Assembly: GCA_045577435.1 (NCBI GenBank)
Contig: JAZNIL010000061.1
Location: 583-64,582 of the forward strand
Direction of reading: 5' to 3'
DNA: 64,000 bases
Source of the DNA: Faecousia sp.
GTDB taxonomy: Bacteria; Bacillota; Clostridia; Oscillospirales; Oscillospiraceae
Part shown: piece after piece, positions 41,678 through 51,571 of the stretch
Position numbering within the stretch: the stretch's first letter is position 1
Layout: the number at the start of each line of letters is the position of its first letter
The notes under the pieces: model-generated
Database searches by the model: none
What the model saw: only the letters and a program-made list of their open reading frames with translations
Told to the model about the DNA's origin: nothing
Translations under genes and position numbers: made by a program

Positions 41678-42484
41678 TTACACATCTCCCCTGCGGAATG
41701 CCTCAATCATAGTAGCGGTCAGGCTTGCCAGATTCTCCTGCCGGGGCAAATCCTTCCTGTCAATCCACTGAGCAAACTGCAGTTCCTCCCGGTCCATATG
41801 TATCTGGTCACTGCCATCCAGCCGGCAGAAAAAGCCCAGCAGCAGATTGGACGCAAAGCCCCAGGGCTGGCTGCCAAAATAGCGCAGATCCTTTACCCTG
41901 ACACCGGTTTCCTCCATCACTTCCCTGTGCACCGTATCCTCTGCCCGCTCACCGATCTCGCAGAAGCCCGCCACAAGCGCAAAGCCCTTGTGCTCACGTC
42001 CGGCATAGCGGGTCAGGAGAATTTTATCCCCATAGGTTACCGCCACGATCACTGCTGGCGCGATCACCGGGAACACCAGATTCCCGCACCTGCCGCACTC
42101 CATTGCCCGCAGCTTCTGGTGATGGCGCAGGGGTTTTCCGCACTTGCCACAGAAGCGCTGTGTGTCGTACCAGTGATACAAGTGCCATGCTGTTACCGCC
42201 GCAAAGCACAGATACTGGGGTTCAGCCGTACGCAGTAGGCGCAGGTTTTCAAACCCATAGCCGTCTATCTCCTCCCAACACAGGAAAAACGCCTGTTCGT
42301 CCACGCTGAACAGGTACTGTAGGTTCCGCCCCGCAGCCTCCGCCGCAGTGGGGAACCGTACCACATCGCCCTTTACCCTGAGCTGCACAGTATTGCCCCG
42401 GAATACAAAAACCGTATCCTCCGCCCTGGGTTGGCGGGGGGTGTATTCATTGTGATAAGTATGGGGATAGATATCCTGAATCAT
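41678..42484 (-). CDS. nudC: NAD(+)/NADH diphosphatase
   Basis: RFCGKCG zinc ribbon, Nudix box AGFCEIGE..REVMEETG, SQPW. Confidence 0.93.
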   Translation of the reverse strand: MIQDIYPHTYHNEYTPRQPRAEDTVFVFRGNTVQLRVKGDVVRFPTAAEAAGRNLQYLFSVDEQAFFLCWEEIDGYGFENLRLLRTAEPQYLCFAAVTAWHLYHWYDTQRFCGKCGKPLRHHQKLRAMECGRCGNLVFPVIAPAVIVAVTYGDKILLTRYAGREHKGFALVAGFCEIGERAEDTVHREVMEETGVRVKDLRYFGSQPWGFASNLLLGFFCRLDGSDQIHMDREELQFAQWIDRKDLPRQENLASLTATMIEAFRRGDV

Positions 42485-42612
42485 AACGAGCCTCCCAAGC
42501 TTTTTCTTTTTTCATTATACCAATTCCCACCATCAAAGGCAACACCCGGATTTCCAGAAAAACCGCTGCCTGCTGGTATGTAATCAACACACATAAAGCA
42601 GCCACAAGCCGC

Positions 42613-43602
42613 CTAGTGGCTGGCTTGTGGCTGTTCATAATCCTTCCAGAACTCCAGAATCATTTTCTCGTAGCGTTCTTTCTCCATATAATAGCACATC
42701 CCGTGATCCGCCCCGGGGACAATCAGCAGCCGTTTCGGCGCTGCGCAGGCTCTATAATTCTCATAGGTCATCTCCACCGGCACAAAGTGGTCATCCGTTC
42801 CGTGGGCAAACATTACAGGAATCTTATTGCCCGCCAATGCCTGGGGCGCGGAGTATGCGCTGGTACCCATTTGGATCCGGTCTGTGCACATACGCTCCAG
42901 CATAAGCTTGCGGTGGCCATAGGCAATATGCAAATTCTTCTTTGCCACGTGCTTCCAGATCGCCTCCGGGGAAGTAAACCCACAATCAGCGAAAATACCC
43001 GTTACATTCTCAGGAAGCTCCAGACCTGCTGTCATCAGCACTGTAGCCGCACCCATGGATACCCCCGCCAGATAAACAGGCAGATCTTCCCCGTTTCTGC
43101 TGTTTACCCACCGGACCCACTGCCGGCAATCATACCGCTCCAGCATACCAAAACCCATATACTTACCGCCGCTGCTGCCCTGTGCCCGCTGCTCCGCATA
43201 GAGAACGCTGCATTGGTTCTCTTTCCAGAATTTCCGGATGGTGCCAAAATCCCAATACCATTGGGACCGCCAGCCGTGCATGGCTACAATCACCCGTTTG
43301 GCATCCTTGCAGGGAAACCAGTGCCCTACCAGCTTTTCCCCATCGTGGGCTGTGATTTCCACCACCTCATGGGGTTCGTTTTTCAAACGCTCTCCGTAAA
43401 AGTCCAATTCCTCCAAAAATTTCTCGCTGCCGGAAAATCTCTGAATTTGATTTTTTGCCAGCCGCTCACCGTATTTTGGAATATCCCGGTTCAGCGCCAC
43501 ATCCACAAGATATTTCGTAGCGCCCACGGATGCCGCGCCTGCGGCTGTGATTCCCGCAAGGACCGATGAACCAATCAGCAGTCCCTTTGTTGTCTTTTCC
43601 AT
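42613..43602 (-). CDS. Alpha/beta hydrolase with N-terminal hydrophobic anchor
   Basis: MHG, GVSMG nucleophile elbow, HGTDD, GADH. Confidence 0.88.
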   Translation of the reverse strand: MEKTTKGLLIGSSVLAGITAAGAASVGATKYLVDVALNRDIPKYGERLAKNQIQRFSGSEKFLEELDFYGERLKNEPHEVVEITAHDGEKLVGHWFPCKDAKRVIVAMHGWRSQWYWDFGTIRKFWKENQCSVLYAEQRAQGSSGGKYMGFGMLERYDCRQWVRWVNSRNGEDLPVYLAGVSMGAATVLMTAGLELPENVTGIFADCGFTSPEAIWKHVAKKNLHIAYGHRKLMLERMCTDRIQMGTSAYSAPQALAGNKIPVMFAHGTDDHFVPVEMTYENYRACAAPKRLLIVPGADHGMCYYMEKERYEKMILEFWKDYEQPQASH

Positions 43603-43721
43603 AGCCCACACCCTCCAAAAACATATCCTTAGGATAGGTCTATTTTCCCATTTCTAAACAGGAAAGAATCGGAAAATTACCACTGTATTCAGATTATGCG
43701 TTTCCGAGAGGGTATGTGCGC

Positions 43722-43749
43722 AAAAAGTCCCCCGGTACGCCGGGGGACT
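43722..43749 (-). terminator. Terminator after aldo/keto reductase
   Basis: AGTCCCCCGG-CGTA-CCGGGGGACT followed by TTTT on the minus strand. Confidence 0.85.
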
Positions 43750-43794
43750 CTACGTTCTGTGAGGTCTGCAAAAACAGGATTTTCTCGCTTGCCT

Positions 43795-44802
43795 TTATTC
43801 GCCAAACTTTTCCGCCACATTCTTCAGCATCTTCCGGATGGGCAGGTTGTAGGGACAGCGGCTCTCACACAGACCGCAGTCCACACAGGCAGAGGCCTTA
43901 ACTGCCGCGCCCTTGTACCGGGTGACGGCCCACTGCTGCAGGTCATAGCGGCTGAAATATCCCTCCAAAATAAACAGGGCGGGGATGTTGATACCCACGC
44001 TGCAGGGCGCGCAGTAATTACAGCGGCGGCAGAATTGTGTACCCAAAGTGCTGCGCAACGCGCGAATCTTGTCCCATTCCCCATCTGTCAGCGGGGAGGT
44101 GTCATTTACCGCGGCAATATTCTGGGTCAGTTCTTCCTGCCGGGCCATTCCTGGGATGACCACACTGACACCTTCATTGGCTGCGATAAAACGCAGAGCC
44201 AAAGTAGCATCTTCAATAGCGCCGCCTGCCAGGGGCTTCATGACAATAAAGCCAATGTCCTTTTCCCGGCAAACCTTTATCATATCCTCGCCCTGGGTCT
44301 CCACCAGATTGTAGGGGAACATCACCGTTTCCACCCAGTCAAAGTTTACAGCAATTTTCAGCACGTCCAAACTGTGGAGGGTGACACCGATATGTCCGAT
44401 CTTGCCGGCTGCCTTTGCCTGCTTCAAAGCCTCCAGTGCGCCACCGGGGGCAGTCACCCTTTCCAGGTCTGCCTTGGAGGGGTTGTGGATTTGGTACAGG
44501 TCGATGTAGTCCGTGCGCAGGTTTTTGAGGGAAATATCAATATCTCTGCTCATCCCCTCTGCATCCCGGGACATGCTCTTGGTTGCCAGCACAAAGTGTT
44601 CCCGGATACCCTCCAGGCCATAGCCCAGATACTCCTCACTGACGGTATAGCCCCGCGCGGTATCGATGTAGTTGACCCCAGCGGCTTTCAGCTCCAGCAT
44701 CAGTTCCCGGGTACCTTCCGGGTCGATTCGCTGAATAGGGATTCCTCCAAAGCCCAATTTAGAAATCCGCAGTCCGGTTTTGCCCAACACTTGATATTCC
44801 AT
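43795..44802 (-). CDS. Aldo/keto reductase with C-terminal 4Fe-4S dicluster
   Basis: LGKTG, DTARGY, ATK, DYIDLYQIH, MKPLAGG, CRRCNYCAPC, CVDCGLCESRCP. Confidence 0.93.
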   Translation of the reverse strand: MEYQVLGKTGLRISKLGFGGIPIQRIDPEGTRELMLELKAAGVNYIDTARGYTVSEEYLGYGLEGIREHFVLATKSMSRDAEGMSRDIDISLKNLRTDYIDLYQIHNPSKADLERVTAPGGALEALKQAKAAGKIGHIGVTLHSLDVLKIAVNFDWVETVMFPYNLVETQGEDMIKVCREKDIGFIVMKPLAGGAIEDATLALRFIAANEGVSVVIPGMARQEELTQNIAAVNDTSPLTDGEWDKIRALRSTLGTQFCRRCNYCAPCSVGINIPALFILEGYFSRYDLQQWAVTRYKGAAVKASACVDCGLCESRCPYNLPIRKMLKNVAEKFGE

Positions 44803-44920
44803 ATTCTTCCCTCCATGATTCCGTTTTTTTCATTATAGCAAATACCCTTCCGTCTGTCCAGAAAACTTTACTTTTTCCGGTGGATATGTTAAAGTTAAAA
44901 AAACGAAGGAGGGTTACGGT

Positions 44921-45898
44921 ATGAAGAAAATCAAGTGGGGTGTACTGGGCACAGCCGGTATCGCAAAAGGACACACCATTCCGGGGATGAAGCTGGCGGA
45001 AAACTGCGAGCTTTATGCCATTGCCGGCAGAAATCCGGAAAAGGCTGCTGCCTACCAGAGGGAATTCGGATTTGAAAAGGTCTACCACAGCTACGAGGCT
45101 TTGCTGGCAGACCCCAATGTGGAAGCGGTGTACATTCCCCTGCCTAATGAACTGCATTATGAATGGACCATCCGGGCGCTGAACGCGGGCAAGCATGTGC
45201 TGTGCGAAAAGCCTCTTGCGCCCACACTGCGGCAGATTGAGGAAATGATCGCCACCGCCAACCGGAACGGAGTGTTTCTGATGGAGGCCTTTGCCTATCT
45301 TCACAGTCCCTACATGCAGGCCATCAAACAGGAGCTGCAAAATGGCACCATTGGCGATATGCTGTACATGGAGTCCACCTTCATTACCTCTGACTATGAC
45401 CTGAGCAATATCCGTATGCGCCGGCAGACCTACGGCGGCAGCACCTATGACCTGGGCTGCTACAACACCAGCCAAATCCTGTGGCTGTTGGAGGAAATGC
45501 CGGAACGGATTCAGGCTGTGGCTGATTTCTCCCCGGAGAACATTGATGTGTATACCACCGGCATCCTCACATTTGGGCAGAATAAGCGGGCTGTGTTTCA
45601 GTGCGGCATGGTGCTTGCCACAGAGCAGCACAAGCGAATTGACCGGCTCCATATCCACGGCATCCGGGGCTTTATCAAGGCGGATGCCAGGTTTAACCAG
45701 TCCGGTGAGCTGACCTATGTGGTAAATATAGACGGCGCAGAAACGGAAAAGACCGTCTGCGCCCGCCACAACTACGCCCTGGAAGTGGAGCAGTTTGGGC
45801 GGTGCGTTGCCGGTGAGCAGACTCCCCATGTTTCCAACGAGTTCACCTGCAAAAATGCCAAAGTGCTGGAAGGCGTTCTGGCTGCCATTGGCTACTGA
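44921..45898 (+). CDS. Gfo/Idh/MocA family oxidoreductase
   Basis: GVLGTAGIA, AGKHVLCEKP, GGSTYDLGCY. Confidence 0.92.
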   Translation: MKKIKWGVLGTAGIAKGHTIPGMKLAENCELYAIAGRNPEKAAAYQREFGFEKVYHSYEALLADPNVEAVYIPLPNELHYEWTIRALNAGKHVLCEKPLAPTLRQIEEMIATANRNGVFLMEAFAYLHSPYMQAIKQELQNGTIGDMLYMESTFITSDYDLSNIRMRRQTYGGSTYDLGCYNTSQILWLLEEMPERIQAVADFSPENIDVYTTGILTFGQNKRAVFQCGMVLATEQHKRIDRLHIHGIRGFIKADARFNQSGELTYVVNIDGAETEKTVCARHNYALEVEQFGRCVAGEQTPHVSNEFTCKNAKVLEGVLAAIGY

Positions 45899-45992
45899 TT
45901 CTGCCAACCTAATTTAGGAAACAGCATTTCACGACAAAGTGTTTTGCCCTCCCGGAAAACCGGGATGGCAAATTATATTGGTTGCACCAAAG

Positions 45993-46294
45993 TTAACCCC
46001 CGGCTCTGCCGGGGGTATAAAAAAGCTTTAGCGGAGAACAAAGAAATAAAAAAGAATCCCCCAATAGAGCAAAAGTGGTTTACCGACCACACATCTACAA
46101 TAGAGAGGGATTCCAAAGGACAATTTAGGGCAGTATCGTCTACAGAAATGTGAGAATAGAAGGATACATTGCCCCTTTAGGGGCGGCAGGGCAGTTAATG
46201 CAGATGTCAGAAATTCAGTGCATCTTTAGATGCCTGCCAGTAAAAAGCCCTTCTAGGGCTTAATCAAGCCTCCGGCTTAGCCGGAGGTTTTGAC
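45993..46294 (+). mobile_element. Non-autonomous IS200/IS605-like element (no transposase)
   Basis: Related subterminal hairpins ACCCCCGGC-TCT-GCCGGGGGT (45996-46016) and GCCTCCGGC-TTA-GCCGGAGGT (46268-46288), further internal hairpins, no tnpA-sized ORF. Exact ends uncertain. Confidence 0.7.
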
Positions 46295-46332
46295 TTTACA
46301 GGAAAACAAACAGGTTTTCCGCACGGATTTGC

Positions 46333-46566
46333 TCACCAAGTGCTTAAAATACCCAGAATCTTTTCCTCATAATCTCCCTCGAAGTCCTCTGCCCTGCCGG
46401 CAGTGCGCACGTTGCTCTGGGCGCCCCGCTCAGGAGCGGGATACTCCCAAATGTAATAAGAAAGGCCCCTGTGGACAAACCGGATGCTCCCGCAGTCATC
46501 CTCCTGCCAATATTCAAAAGGCATCTGCCGCTGCCGGAGAAACTGCTGAATCTTACTCAGTCGCAT
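46333..46566 (-). CDS. Hypothetical protein (77 aa)
   Basis: ATG overlapping the permease 3' end; MRLSKIQQFL...LSYYIWEY...ILSTW looks like a globular protein. Confidence 0.65.
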   Translation of the reverse strand: MRLSKIQQFLRQRQMPFEYWQEDDCGSIRFVHRGLSYYIWEYPAPERGAQSNVRTAGRAEDFEGDYEEKILGILSTW

Positions 46567-47920
46567 TAGCGCTTTCCACTTCCCTGCTTTCCAGATCTTT
46601 GAGGATATTGGCATAGTACGCCTCACTGATCTTGTATTTTTTAAGATAGATAATGTAGCCCGCCACGATGAAAAGCAAAGGCAGCAGGAACATAGCACCC
46701 TTGACCATCAGTTTTCCGGATTGGTCGATGGCATCTACGGTACCGCCATCCACCTTGATACCGGAAATAATCAGCGTCAGGCTCACCACGCCTGTGGAGA
46801 TAGCGCCACCAATTTTGTTAATGAGGGGCTGGATGGAGAAGGTCACAGACTCGTTGCGTTTCCCCAGCTTCCACTGGCCATACTCCACCGTATCGGCAAG
46901 GAACATAAGCATCAGCGTCTGAATAAATGCCTGACCCACAAACACCAATACTGCGCCCAAGGCAATCAGAATAATAGAGAGCTCCGCAAAGAAGAAAACG
47001 CAGTAGCCTGCTATCACCAACGCTGTGGAGAGAGTATAAAGCTGTCTGCGGCTGAGCTTTCTGGAAACCGCCGGGTAGACTGCCAGAGAGGACAGCTGCG
47101 CTACACCGCATACGCCCACCAGAACCACGTACATTCCCTCGTCACCAAACAAATACTTCATGTAATACACAGCAAAGCCTACAGTGGTGCAATAGCCCAC
47201 CATAAACAGCGCCATGGCAAGGGTGGTCCACATAAGCTGGTCATTGCCTACCAACGCGCGCCACATTTGCTTCAAGGTGGTGGACTCCTGTTTGTCCATA
47301 TCCACCCGGCGCTCCTTCACACCCAGCAGGGGGAACAGCAGACCGGCAAGATACACGATAGCAATCACCACAGCGCACCAGAACCACACCTTGGGGGTAT
47401 CTCCCAGAGAGGAGGTCACCGGCTGCCATGCCACCATCACGATATACATGCCCACATTGGCGCAGATTCTGGCAAAAGCGCCGGTTTTCTCCCTCTGCCG
47501 CTGGTCGGCGGACATGGCAGGCAGCAGTGTCCAGTAGGCAATGTCGTTAATACCGTAGGTCACGTCCCAGAAGAAATAGGCAAGGGCAAATACAATCACA
47601 AAGCCCCAGCCTGTGCCGATATTGGCAAACAGCAGCAGGAAAAACACAGCGCTGAGCACACCGCCCACCAGAATGGAGGGCTTGAACTTACCCCAAGGGG
47701 AGCGGATATTGTCAATGACCAGACCAGTAATGGGGTCATTCACCGCGTCAAAAATGCGCATGACCGACAGTACCATGCTGGCCGCGGCAAACACCCACAC
47801 CGGTAGACTTAAAACATCCGACAGAAAATAAAGCAGAGTATTCGCTTCAAAAGAGTAAAACATATCCCGGCCTACCGTACCAAGGCCAAAATTTATACGG
47901 TTCTTCTTTTCCAGATTCAT
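46553..47920 (-). CDS. Glycoside-pentoside-hexuronide (MelB-like) cation symporter
   Basis: RIFDAVNDP, SPWGKFKP, DIAYW, ADTVEYGQWKLGKRNES; about 12 TMs. Confidence 0.93.
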   Translation of the reverse strand: MNLEKKNRINFGLGTVGRDMFYSFEANTLLYFLSDVLSLPVWVFAAASMVLSVMRIFDAVNDPITGLVIDNIRSPWGKFKPSILVGGVLSAVFFLLLFANIGTGWGFVIVFALAYFFWDVTYGINDIAYWTLLPAMSADQRQREKTGAFARICANVGMYIVMVAWQPVTSSLGDTPKVWFWCAVVIAIVYLAGLLFPLLGVKERRVDMDKQESTTLKQMWRALVGNDQLMWTTLAMALFMVGYCTTVGFAVYYMKYLFGDEGMYVVLVGVCGVAQLSSLAVYPAVSRKLSRRQLYTLSTALVIAGYCVFFFAELSIILIALGAVLVFVGQAFIQTLMLMFLADTVEYGQWKLGKRNESVTFSIQPLINKIGGAISTGVVSLTLIISGIKVDGGTVDAIDQSGKLMVKGAMFLLPLLFIVAGYIIYLKKYKISEAYYANILKDLESREVESANATE

Positions 47921-47922
47921 GA

Positions 47923-50169
47923 TTACTTCTCCTGTTCCGCAACGAACAGCTCCGAACCAAAGTCCGTCAGTGTCCGCTGGTTTTTGTCATAGCCTGTGCC
48001 CCGGAATACCGGCAGCAGCATCACGCCGCTCATCAGGGCAGCCCCTGTCAGGGTCATCTCCTGCCCTCCGTCAGGCATGGTGTAGTACCTGTCGGCAGTG
48101 CGCAGCACCATACCGTTGGGATTGATATTCACAGGCGCCACGTGCTTCAAAAGATTGCCAAACTGCCCAATACGCAGGCTCTGGCTGCGGGAGGCAAAGT
48201 GGTACCGTGCCTGCCTGTCCAGATTCTTCATCCGCAGCTGCTCATAGCCCGGGGCGGCAGCAATCTGCTTGCGGAACACGCCGGCTATGGCGACCCCATC
48301 CATACTCACCTGCCAGCCGTTTTTCAATCGGCTGAAGGTTCCGAACTGGAATACCTTGCGGTGCTTTTTGTAAAGGGCAATCTGCTCCTTAATCTCCTTC
48401 TCCTCGGTAGGAAGCAGGTGATTCAGATCCAATTCATACCCAAGGCATCCGAAGAAAGAAACATTGCCACGGGTCACCAAGGGGGTGTTGCGCAGCGTCT
48501 GGCTGTGGGGCGCGGCGCTTACATGAGCGCCGATGGTGGACTGGGGATACAGATAGGACAGATTCTCCTGAATGGTCATCCGCTCCACAGGGTCGGTGTC
48601 ATCGGAGGCCCAAATTTGTGGGCCGTAGCAGAGCATACCCAAGTCAAAGCGGTTTCCTCCGGAGGAACAGCTTTCCAGCAGAATATGGGGGCGGGGGGTA
48701 AAAATTCTATCCAGCACCCGGTAAAGTCCCAAAATGTAATCGTGCGCCTTTGCGCCCAAGGCAACGCAGTGGCGGTTCATATCCCATTTCACATAGGTGA
48801 TATTTCCGCCGTCCAGAATCCTAGTGACATTGTCCACGATATTATCCTGCACCTGTGGCAGTGTCAAATCCAGATGGAGCTGATGGCGGCTGAGCAGCGG
48901 CTCGAACCCGTCCCGCAGCACCCAATCCGGATGGGTGCGGTAGAGGTTGGAATCCGGATTTACCGACTCCGGCTCGAACCACAGTCCAAATTCCATGCCC
49001 ATGGCATTGATTCTCTGGGCAAGACCCTCCAGCCCTCTGGGCAGCTTCTTTTTGTTTACATCGTAGTCACCAAGGCCGGCTGTGTCGCTGTTGCGGCTGC
49101 CAAACCATCCGTCATCCAGAACAAACAGTTCACAGCCCAGCTCTTTGGCGCTTTTGGCAAGATTCAAAAGCCGGCGCTGGTCGAAATCGAACATGCAGCC
49201 CTCCCAGCTGTTATATACAATGGGACGGGGCTTGTTCTGCCATGCTTTGGGAACAATGTTTTCCAACACAAACCGGTGCATATTCCTGCTCATGTCCCCA
49301 AAGCCCCGGCTGCTGTAACACAGCACCGCTTCCGGGGTCTCAAAGACCTCACCGGGTTGGAGAATTTTTTCAAAATTGTCCGGAGAAATGCCCTGCATGA
49401 CACGGGTCAGACCCTGAAAAGAACGCTGGGCAGAGGCGTAATGGTTTCCGGTGTAGATCAGATTGCAGCCGTATACCCGGCCGCTGTCCTCGGTCGCGCT
49501 TGGCTCGCTAAGGAGGAAGCCCGGATTATGCCGGTTGGAAGAAAAGCCTGTTACGCTTTCGTTCACCACCCGGCTGTCCTGCACATCCACGGTGTGCTTG
49601 CGCATTTCTCCAATCCAACCGCCGTCAAAGGTGGTCATCCGGTAATCCCCGGGAATATCCATCACCGTACTCATGCACTTATGTACCGTCACAGGCTGGG
49701 TGCCGGTGTTTTCCAGAACCGTTCTGCGGGTGAGCACATCCCCAAACAGGGAAAAATACAACTTCAGCTTCAGCCCTTCCTGGGTCATGGTGATCTCCAG
49801 TGTCTGGCACTCCCCTTTCGCTTGGGGCAGAGACCCGGCCATAGGCGCGATCCCGTCTACAATTCTGTGGCTTTCATAGCAGAAATGTGTGGCAACACCC
49901 AGTTCCAGAGGACTTTCCCGGTAGTCACCCCGGCCGCTGCCGCTCCACGCAAGAGGCAGCACGTCCGGACAACTGGCCGTATCCCCTTCCTTCAGCAGAA
50001 CGGAAGAACCCCAGCCTAAGCCGGGTTGGCAGCAAAGGCCCTGCCAGTCGGACAGCTCCACCCGGTCTCCAAAGTGCAGCAGTTCCAAAAGGCCGTATTC
50101 ATCTACCCGCAGCAGGCAGGAAACCATTTCCCCCTGCAGGGCAAAAATACCGTTTTCGTAACAGATCAT
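47923..50169 (-). CDS. Alpha-galactosidase, GH36
   Basis: YNSWEG, VLDDGWFG, FGLWFEPE, KWDMN nucleophile, CSSGGNRFD, WASDDTD. Confidence 0.95.
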   Translation of the reverse strand: MICYENGIFALQGEMVSCLLRVDEYGLLELLHFGDRVELSDWQGLCCQPGLGWGSSVLLKEGDTASCPDVLPLAWSGSGRGDYRESPLELGVATHFCYESHRIVDGIAPMAGSLPQAKGECQTLEITMTQEGLKLKLYFSLFGDVLTRRTVLENTGTQPVTVHKCMSTVMDIPGDYRMTTFDGGWIGEMRKHTVDVQDSRVVNESVTGFSSNRHNPGFLLSEPSATEDSGRVYGCNLIYTGNHYASAQRSFQGLTRVMQGISPDNFEKILQPGEVFETPEAVLCYSSRGFGDMSRNMHRFVLENIVPKAWQNKPRPIVYNSWEGCMFDFDQRRLLNLAKSAKELGCELFVLDDGWFGSRNSDTAGLGDYDVNKKKLPRGLEGLAQRINAMGMEFGLWFEPESVNPDSNLYRTHPDWVLRDGFEPLLSRHQLHLDLTLPQVQDNIVDNVTRILDGGNITYVKWDMNRHCVALGAKAHDYILGLYRVLDRIFTPRPHILLESCSSGGNRFDLGMLCYGPQIWASDDTDPVERMTIQENLSYLYPQSTIGAHVSAAPHSQTLRNTPLVTRGNVSFFGCLGYELDLNHLLPTEEKEIKEQIALYKKHRKVFQFGTFSRLKNGWQVSMDGVAIAGVFRKQIAAAPGYEQLRMKNLDRQARYHFASRSQSLRIGQFGNLLKHVAPVNINPNGMVLRTADRYYTMPDGGQEMTLTGAALMSGVMLLPVFRGTGYDKNQRTLTDFGSELFVAEQEK

Positions 50170-51452
50170 CGTACATCATACTCCAATCCCGCCACATAAG
50201 TGTCATACAATTCCTGGGTTACGCCCTGCTGCTCAATGATTTGGCTGTAAAACCGCCCGGCGGTCTTAACCGTACGCTTCCGGCTCCGGGGCTCTACGGA
50301 TACCAGCCCGAACTTTGCGGAATTGCCCTCGATCCACTCAAAATTATCACAGAAGCACCAGTGATAGTAGCGGGCGAAGGGCAGACCCGATTGGCTCAAC
50401 GCCCTTAGATGCTCATAGATATACCGGCAGCGGAACCGGTCATCTAAATCGCAGGTTCCGTTTTCTGTCACCCAGATGGGCCGGGGCAGTACCTTTTGCA
50501 GCATTTGGGCGCACTCTACGATACCCTCCGGGTATATCTCCCAGCCCAAATCGTTTCTGGGGCTGTTTTCCCGGACACCGTCGGCAAGACCTGATATAGA
50601 CGAGCGGGTATAATAATTGACGCCGTTAAAGTCCGTGTACTCTCCCCGGGGCATATTCCAGTGGTTGCGCAGAGGGAACTTGAATTCACCCAGCGCCATA
50701 GCCTGCAGCATTGCTCCCTGAAATACCCAATCCACTAGCTTGCTCATAGCCATGTGGACAGGATTTTTACTGTTTTTAGGCACAAATACCCGCAAATGGT
50801 TGGCTGCGCCCACCATAGTATCCTCATAGCCCATAGCCCGCCGCTTTTCATGGATACGGTTGTAGGCCATAATGTGGCAGTAGGCTAAGTTTTCCAAAAC
50901 CCGGAATGTTTCCAGATAATTCTTTCTTCCCGGAGGCCAAAGGCCGAAGCAGTAGGAATTGGTGGCATAAACATTGGGCTCATTGATGGTAATATACTCA
51001 CTGACCAGATCTCCGAAGCTGTCCACCACCAGATCCACAAACGCCAGAAAATCCTGCAGATTCTCACGTTTTGTAAAAGCGCCCTTTTCCTCAAACCACA
51101 TTGGGTTGGAAAAATGGTGGATGGTCAGCAGCGGCTTGATACCCTGCTGCCGCAACAGCTCCAGTTCCTCCCGGTAACGCTCCACCGCTTCCCTGTTCAC
51201 GCTGCCGGGGCTTGGAACCAGCCGTGCCCACTCCACGCTGAAGCGGTACACCTGCAGGCCCATTTCTCCCATCAGTCTGGTATCTTCCTCCCAGGCCGTC
51301 CAGTGATCGTTGGCAGTTGCCGGGTCAGTTCCGTCCAGAATTCTGCCCTTTGTGTACCAGTCATTCCAGTTGGAATCCACATCGCCGCCCTCTATCTGGG
51401 TGGATGCGGTAGCCACGCCCATCAGCATTCCCCTCGGCAGAGAAAATTCCAT
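50166..51452 (-). CDS. Glycoside hydrolase family 1 (beta-glucosidase/galactosidase)
   Basis: QIEGG, YRFSVEWAR, TINEP, VTENG, DNFEW. Confidence 0.94.
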   Translation of the reverse strand: MEFSLPRGMLMGVATASTQIEGGDVDSNWNDWYTKGRILDGTDPATANDHWTAWEEDTRLMGEMGLQVYRFSVEWARLVPSPGSVNREAVERYREELELLRQQGIKPLLTIHHFSNPMWFEEKGAFTKRENLQDFLAFVDLVVDSFGDLVSEYITINEPNVYATNSYCFGLWPPGRKNYLETFRVLENLAYCHIMAYNRIHEKRRAMGYEDTMVGAANHLRVFVPKNSKNPVHMAMSKLVDWVFQGAMLQAMALGEFKFPLRNHWNMPRGEYTDFNGVNYYTRSSISGLADGVRENSPRNDLGWEIYPEGIVECAQMLQKVLPRPIWVTENGTCDLDDRFRCRYIYEHLRALSQSGLPFARYYHWCFCDNFEWIEGNSAKFGLVSVEPRSRKRTVKTAGRFYSQIIEQQGVTQELYDTYVAGLEYDVR

Positions 51453-51571
51453 ACTTTCGCCCCCCTTTTTTCTATTGTATCTGGGTTTTTTCCCAGTGTC
51501 AACGACATTTTAGGTGACAAGAGGCCACCCCGGTGCTACAATAAAGAAAAATGGCAAAAGGAGTATTTCGT

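Noticed and set aside
45944-46153. 69 aa ORF across the IS200-like element
   Set aside because: TTG start without RBS, runs through hairpins, no HUH or Tyr transposase motif.
48142-50019. 625 aa plus-strand ORF
   Set aside because: Antisense shadow of the GH36 alpha-galactosidase.
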